This document shows positions 26,201 to 28,998 of a stretch of 28,998 bases of DNA, in pieces. A model generated the notes under the pieces. It was not told the origin of the DNA and did no database searches. It was given only the letters and a program-made list of their open reading frames with translations. The stretch spans positions 62,001 to 90,998 of the forward strand of contig NOWV01000248.1 of assembly GCA_003344405.1 (NCBI GenBank). The letters run 5' to 3'. A program made the position numbers and the translations under genes. The stretch's first letter is position 1. Every line of letters begins with the position of its first letter. This DNA comes from Trichoplax sp. H2 (taxonomy: Eukaryota).

Positions 26201-28998
26201 ACTACGATTTGTAAGTCTGATGAGTTATTGATTTTTATTCTATCTTGCAAAACCTGTGAAGAGTAACTATTGTAAGCTATATGCAATTTAATTATATCAT
26301 GATTGTTACAAATACAATGCTTGTAGTGAGAAAAGTGTCTAATCAATAACTGTAATAATGCTGACAAGATTCAAAATTCTATGTAATCATAATTATGTGA
26401 ACATGGTCTTAAATTAACTTCTGTCTTCTGCTTGTAAATATAGTAATTTTAGCAGATTGAATTGGACCAAACTGCCTAAAGTATTGAGAATTTATGGGCA
26501 ACATCTGCAAAATCTGTAAGTATATCTCATAAGCTATACAGGTATTGTACAACCATAATACTGTCTTTTCGTCCGATACAAGATTTTATATTGATTTCAT
26601 AAATACCTATATTCGTTTCTATAATAGTCGCAAATTTTCTAATAATATAGTCATTCTTCGAGAAATGAAACTTATGTATATGAACGTATTATATTATTGT
26701 CAAAACTATAAAAATTGTATTCATGAAGAATCGAAAAAATTTTAAAGATGTAATAATTTAATACCTGTAATGGTATACTAATTTTTAACTCTAACTTACG
26801 GTTTCAATTATTAGCTATTTAAGCTAGCACCGTCTTTATTAGGTTGATTCGCAATTTTTCGATTTAAAAAAGTATAAAGATTCTGCACTTAATAAATATC
26901 TTTTCAATATTTTATAAGAAATCTAACCAGAAACAACCTACGACACTTCGATTTTGGATTTATATTTTCTTGCAGCGACCAGGGATTACATCATCTGTAT
27001 GCAATAAGATATTATTAATTATAATAATATTTGTAGAACATTGATTAAAGAGTAGAAAACGAAATTTACAATTGTCTTAGTGTAAAGGATATTATAGATA
27101 TCCGGAAGAAATTAGATATAATAGATAAATGTTTCCGTATGCGTGTACACTAATTTACGCTTATCTATATAGGCACCTGAGAAGCAACAACCTAAATTCA
27201 TTAACAAATGTCCGCAAAATTACACTATTAAGTTTGAAATCGATGTAATTATTACAGAGAAGTTTTATTTATAACCTATAATTAGAATTTGGAGTGCAAG
27301 TACTGTACTTAAACTTTGATTAATATTGCTTTTTAAATAAATTACATATATTAGAGATTTATCCAACAATAATTTAACAAATATATGTGAGATTCCATGG
27401 GCTACTTTTGCTGAAAACTTAGAGACGATGTAAGTCGTGATTACCAATTATTCTATTCAGTGCTGTTACCATTATCTCTGGTAGCTTGGTAATATAATAG
27501 CAATAGCAGCCATTATAAGTTCGTTAAGATTTATTAGAAGGAATGTACAGTACATATCCTTGTTCTTATTCTTTATAGTAATGTTACGATTACCTAATAC
27601 TTCATTATGAATGGCTACTCGAAAAACATAAAATTAAAGATAAATGATCGTATAAGAGAGTAACAAGTTGACATAAGCCGCGCTTTAATATGTACCTTAC
27701 AGTAGAAAGTTGGAGTAAACACTGAAGGGTTATTACACTTATATTTATGATTAAGAATAGTCTATTTCTAATGAAATGGAATACCACAGTATTTGTAATC
27801 GCTATACTAACCAATTTATTACTCCTATTTATTTGATAAAAATACGATATCGAATCGATATCTTGATGATTCTTTTGTATTTAATAAAGGGACTTTAGTT
27901 GGAACAATATTAAGATATTAACAGCTACCTGTTTTAAAGGTTTAAAGAGGCTTACCAACATGTAAGTACGGTAACATATTTTAAAGTCACTAAGCATCGT
28001 GACAATTTACCACAATTAATGATTAGTATCGTTCTAATGTTAATGATATAACAATATCAGGTACCTTATCATAATAATACATGAACTGTTCTCTAAGTTG
28101 TAAGCTCTTAATCTCGTCTTGCCCATCTATTTCCAGATTAATGCAGGGAAATTCATTAGTTGAGATTAAAAAGGAATCATTCTTTTATACACCTCTACTT
28201 AAACATATGTAAGTGCCATTATGATCTGTAAAAGTGTAAAATTCTGATATTACACGCTAAATGAAACTTTTATAACGCTATGATTAATGCTCCCGTTGGA
28301 ACTTTTTCCCTCCTTATCTTGATTATCTACCGTATGACTATAAATACGTCTTATGGAAAAATAACCGTTTTCGTACTGATAATCAACTTGTAGTATACTG
28401 TCATACCATAGAGACTTGGTTGATACTAATCAAATTAAATAATTTTTCCTGAGCAAATAATCTCTTTAAACTTAGAGATTGAAAAAACTGATCAATTATT
28501 GAATTATATAAACTCAATTTTATGTATTTAATCATTAAAGAAGTTATTTGCTATCAGTAACTACTTCACAAAATCTCTCCCACGTTGTACACTCTCCGCA
28601 TAGCCCCCCCTCCCACCCAGCCCTATTTGCACAAAACTTTTTTGCTCAACAAAATCTTCATATGCTAAAAACGATTAACAAGTAAAGGGAAATTTACTAT
28701 TAAGTAGTTCCTAATGCTATATCTTTCACAGATTTACTTATTGACTTTTTATTATAAGTAACGAATCAAGACATTAAAGTATAGATAATTTTGAATCTAA
28801 TATTAGTATTAAATCTAACTAATTACGAAATATACTACTACTTTACAGACGCTCAACACGTTTATACTTGTGTTGTATGGTACCAGCATCTATCCAGACT
28901 TGTTATCCATTGCGGAAATACGATGGCCTATCGACATGTGATGGATTATTATCTCATGTAACACTGCAAATGTATATTTGGTTAGTTGGTTGTATCGC
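8063..28998 (+). CDS. Multi-exon gene (42 exons identified, 3' end outside window): leucine-rich-repeat-containing G protein-coupled receptor (LGR; RXFP/GRL101-like hinge) with ~40 LRRs
   Basis: Manual splicing gives one continuous stop-free frame: LRRNT exon, 40 AG...GT-bounded phase-2/phase-2 exons each encoding one LRR (most fit LxLxxNxL), then an exon with the hinge LCC-x-C-x-P-x-DGLSTCDGLL and a hydrophobic TM1 start (LQMYIWLVGCIA). Confidence 0.92.
8828..8896 (+). CDS. LRR exon 1 (69 nt) LSITENRLQSYSDAFHRIPELLT
   Basis: ttag acceptor, gtgagt donor, phase 2-2. Confidence 0.88.
9484..9555 (+). CDS. LRR exon 2 (72 nt) LDLGVNLITELDNDSFNGLHELTK
   Basis: ttag / gttagt, typical 24-aa LRR. 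Confidence 0.93.
9689..9760 (+). CDS. LRR exon 3 (72 nt) LKLFSNKIRMIHDLSFKELISLKI
   Basis: tcag / gtaagt. Confidence 0.93.
9900..9971 (+). CDS. LRR exon 4 (72 nt) LDLTRNRLSTVNKNLLHTLVNLQK
   Basis: ctag / gtaagt. Confidence 0.93.
10205..10276 (+). CDS. LRR exon 5 (72 nt) LYMNSNYISTIHPEAFSSLTSATF
   Basis: atag / gtaagt. Confidence 0.93.
10480..10551 (+). CDS. LRR exon 6 (72 nt) IYLSNNRISTLSDDTFKMTHNLRY
   Basis: tcag / gtaata. Confidence 0.93.
10689..10760 (+). CDS. LRR exon 7 (72 nt) LYLNQNQITKITASLFRKLHQLRK
   Basis: ctag / gtaaga. Confidence 0.93.
11347..11418 (+). CDS. LRR exon 8 (72 nt) LYLQSNRISFIDANAFKGLRSILQ
   Basis: atag / gtaaga. Confidence 0.93.
11513..11584 (+). CDS. LRR exon 9 (72 nt) LSLNENNLVYLQNNLFPPMATLRV
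   Basis: acag / gtatgt. Confidence 0.92.
11711..11782 (+). CDS. LRR exon 10 (72 nt) LDISRNQIQRIHPRAFRNLTKLQE
   Basis: ctag / gttagt; lies within track ORF 11682-11873. Confidence 0.94.
11947..12018 (+). CDS. LRR exon 11 (72 nt) LTLSMNNINLLPNNIFADLHGLEY
   Basis: gtag / gtaaga. Confidence 0.93.
12213..12284 (+). CDS. LRR exon 12 (72 nt) LSSSNANISQIQPMSFMGLSNLRS
   Basis: atag / gtaagt. Confidence 0.92.
12539..13105 (-). mobile_element. Solo-LTR-like element (567 bp) in intron, antisense
   Basis: Perfect 7-bp inverted termini TGTCACA...TGTGACA; flanks GGTGC/AGTGT (decayed TSD?); minus-strand TATTTAA then AATAAA (12679-12684); shares tgtcacaaa...aagataacgtaa with 19944 and aligns along ~400 bp with ~22190-22600. 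Confidence 0.72.
13168..13239 (+). CDS. LRR exon 13 (72 nt) LAMTDNNVDESSPWVLYSLYKLES
   Basis: atag / gtaaga. Confidence 0.88.
13325..13396 (+). CDS. LRR exon 14 (72 nt) LVITNTGFSNASYDVFHNLTHLRS
   Basis: gcag / gtaagt. Confidence 0.9.
13573..14052 (+). mobile_element. Solo-LTR-like element (480 bp) in intron
   Basis: Termini TGTTACA...TGTGACA with a perfect 5-bp TSD GGTAT (13568-13572 and 14053-14057); TATATAAAA at 13768; AATAAA at 13879 and 13895. Confidence 0.75.
14511..14582 (+). CDS. LRR exon 15 (72 nt) LNIAGCGLKKIKASLFKNLNLLTN
   Basis: ttag / gtaagc. Confidence 0.92.
15232..15303 (+). CDS. LRR exon 16 (72 nt) LNLDNNELEIINNETFLGLSNLKK
   Basis: atag / gtaagt. Confidence 0.94.
16008..16079 (+). 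CDS. LRR exon 17 (72 nt) LSLQMNKISYIATSAFSMSPLLDT, GC donor
   Basis: atag acceptor; the donor at exactly 72 nt is GCAAGT (non-canonical GC-AG). Confidence 0.85.
16161..16226 (+). CDS. LRR exon 18 (66 nt) LYLSGNNLLMKDFFSIQFMGKI
   Basis: ttag / gttcgt (weak donor). Confidence 0.8.
16869..16937 (+). CDS. LRR exon 19 (69 nt) LRMSFNRLHEINFQKFLAIDTSI
   Basis: ctag / gtgtgt. Confidence 0.82.
17046..17111 (+). CDS. LRR exon 20 (66 nt) LDLSWNKIRHIHNFPFMPSLSE
   Basis: ctag / gtaagt; 22-aa LRR. Confidence 0.92.
17315..17386 (+). CDS. LRR exon 21 (72 nt) INLSDNRIYSGSEINLANLTGLQA
   Basis: tcag / gtaagt. Confidence 0.92.
17504..17584 (+). CDS. LRR exon 22 (81 nt) INLKSNGIISISSSFFKSLRHLSNLTI
   Basis: atag / gtaagt; 27-aa LRR. 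Confidence 0.9.
18701..18769 (+). CDS. LRR exon 23 (69 nt) MTLSFNKIKSIADNAFMFLNLKR
   Basis: ttag / gtaagt. Confidence 0.92.
19160..19619 (-). mobile_element. Possible solo-LTR-like element (460 bp)
   Basis: Starts TGTCACAAA like the other antisense copies and ends TGTCACA; minus-strand TATATA then AATAAA at ~19275-19298; no TSD visible. Confidence 0.4.
19831..19896 (+). CDS. LRR exon 24 (66 nt) LDLFSNLLIQINFLAPLNNLQI (copy left of gap)
   Basis: ctag / gtaagt. Confidence 0.85.
19944..20044 (-). mobile_element. 3' end of an LTR of the 7134-7768 family, truncated by assembly gap
   Basis: Reverse complement matches 7663-7768 with a few substitutions and one ~5-nt indel; begins exactly at the TG terminus. 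Confidence 0.85.
20045..20064. other. Assembly gap (20 N)
   Basis: Run of n. Confidence 1.
20133..20198 (+). CDS. LRR exon 24, identical second copy right of gap (probably the other haplotype, not a separate exon)
   Basis: Identical to 19831-19896; inside the 182-bp duplication flanking the N gap. Confidence 0.6.
20395..20466 (+). CDS. LRR exon 25 (72 nt) LELGNNKIRKIVKNDLQYVKNLKI
   Basis: ttag / gtaagt. Confidence 0.93.
20624..20695 (+). CDS. LRR exon 26 (72 nt) LYLVKNEISQIEGNAFENLQNLEK
   Basis: gaag acceptor (weak) / gtaagt. Confidence 0.9.
20872..20943 (+). CDS. LRR exon 27 (72 nt) LNLSSNPLSQLPPDTFNGLHNLSF
   Basis: tcag / gtatgt. Confidence 0.94.
21026..21097 (+). CDS. LRR exon 28 (72 nt) LVLNSCEIKNVTSLFHDSLSNLKY
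   Basis: atag / gtaagg. Confidence 0.92.
21226..21297 (+). CDS. LRR exon 29 (72 nt) LSLANNHLDSVHSGISGALKSLES
   Basis: ccag / gtacgt. Confidence 0.92.
21440..21511 (+). CDS. LRR exon 30 (72 nt) LILDNNHLVSFGAHELENFTNIKL
   Basis: gaag acceptor / gttagt. Confidence 0.88.
21606..21677 (+). CDS. LRR exon 31 (72 nt) ISLNNNKLREVHLLPFFKIRSLKH
   Basis: ttag / gtaagt. Confidence 0.92.
22190..22600 (-). mobile_element. Degenerate copy of the 12539-13105 LTR-like element (boundaries approximate)
   Basis: Collinear shared blocks: ttagacgcctttgctt-tacgtta, aattaataca, ctagataa-taga-taca, acagtacagcat. Confidence 0.7.
24023..24094 (+). CDS. LRR exon 32 (72 nt, irregular) LKLSNVGTIVFDDHVESIHSKLIS
   Basis: ttag / gtaagt, exact 72 nt, phase 2-2. 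Confidence 0.85.
24945..25019 (+). CDS. LRR exon 33 (75 nt) LDLSYNKIKSNVDSWSLRHLNELYS
   Basis: ttag / gtaagt. Confidence 0.92.
25555..25629 (+). CDS. LRR exon 34 (75 nt) LDISGNKFKYFRLIFEDLLRKKLRV
   Basis: ctag / gtacgt. Confidence 0.88.
26444..26515 (+). CDS. LRR exon 35 (72 nt) INFSRLNWTKLPKVLRIYGQHLQN
   Basis: atag / gtaagt; in-frame alternative acceptors (tagcag) 9 and 12 nt downstream. Confidence 0.85.
26919..26996 (+). CDS. LRR exon 36 (78 nt) LNLTRNNLRHFDFGFIFSCSDQGLHH
   Basis: taag / gtatgc. Confidence 0.87.
27173..27244 (+). CDS. LRR exon 37 (72 nt) LHLRSNNLNSLTNVRKITLLSLKS
   Basis: atag / gtaatt. Confidence 0.9.
27355..27429 (+). CDS. LRR exon 38 (75 nt) IDLSNNNLTNICEIPWATFAENLET
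   Basis: ttag / gtaagt. Confidence 0.92.
27890..27961 (+). CDS. LRR exon 39 (72 nt) MDFSWNNIKILTATCFKGLKRLTN
   Basis: aaag / gtaagt. Confidence 0.92.
28137..28208 (+). CDS. LRR exon 40 (72 nt) ILMQGNSLVEIKKESFFYTPLLKH
   Basis: ccag / gtaagt. Confidence 0.92.
28604..28623 (-). other. Canonical G-quadruplex motif GGGCTGGGTGGGAGGGGGGG
   Basis: Four G3+ tracts with 1-2 nt loops on the minus strand. Confidence 0.6.
28849..28998 (+). CDS. Hinge + start of 7TM exon (runs off window): IRSTRLYLCCMVPASIQTCYPLRKYDGLSTCDGLLSHVTLQMYIWLVGCIA
   Basis: acag acceptor, phase 2. The CC...CxP..DGxSxCxxLL....L..xIW pattern is the short hinge/TM1 signature of RXFP1/2- and GRL101-like LGRs. Confidence 0.92.

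Noticed and set aside
8828..28208. CRISPR-like or prokaryotic repeat array
   Set aside because: The periodicity is protein-level (LRR exons with GT-AG introns); there are no identical DNA repeats with spacers.

Overview
AT-rich eukaryotic (animal) genomic DNA; the compact introns and receptor type are consistent with a placozoan such as Trichoplax, but this is inference. The six-frame ORF track is mostly noise. The window is dominated by one + strand, highly intron-split gene (about 8063 to beyond 28998) for a leucine-rich-repeat GPCR (LGR). It has an LRR N-terminal cap exon (CPMKCSC...C), 40 distinct single-LRR microexons and the start of a hinge/TM1 exon of the RXFP/GRL101 (type C-like) kind (YLCC...CYP...DGLSTCDGLL...IW). 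The microexons are 66-81 nt (29 are 72 nt), all flanked by phase-2 introns, and total about 959 aa. Forty LRRs is far more than canonical LGRs carry, and no LDLa module was seen. The flanks and introns hold several solo-LTR-like elements (TG...CA termini, 5-bp target-site duplications, TATA then AATAAA). A 20-N gap with a 182-bp duplication looks like two haplotypes differing by an LTR insertion. Smaller features are a diverged direct repeat, a GC-AG intron and a G-quadruplex motif.
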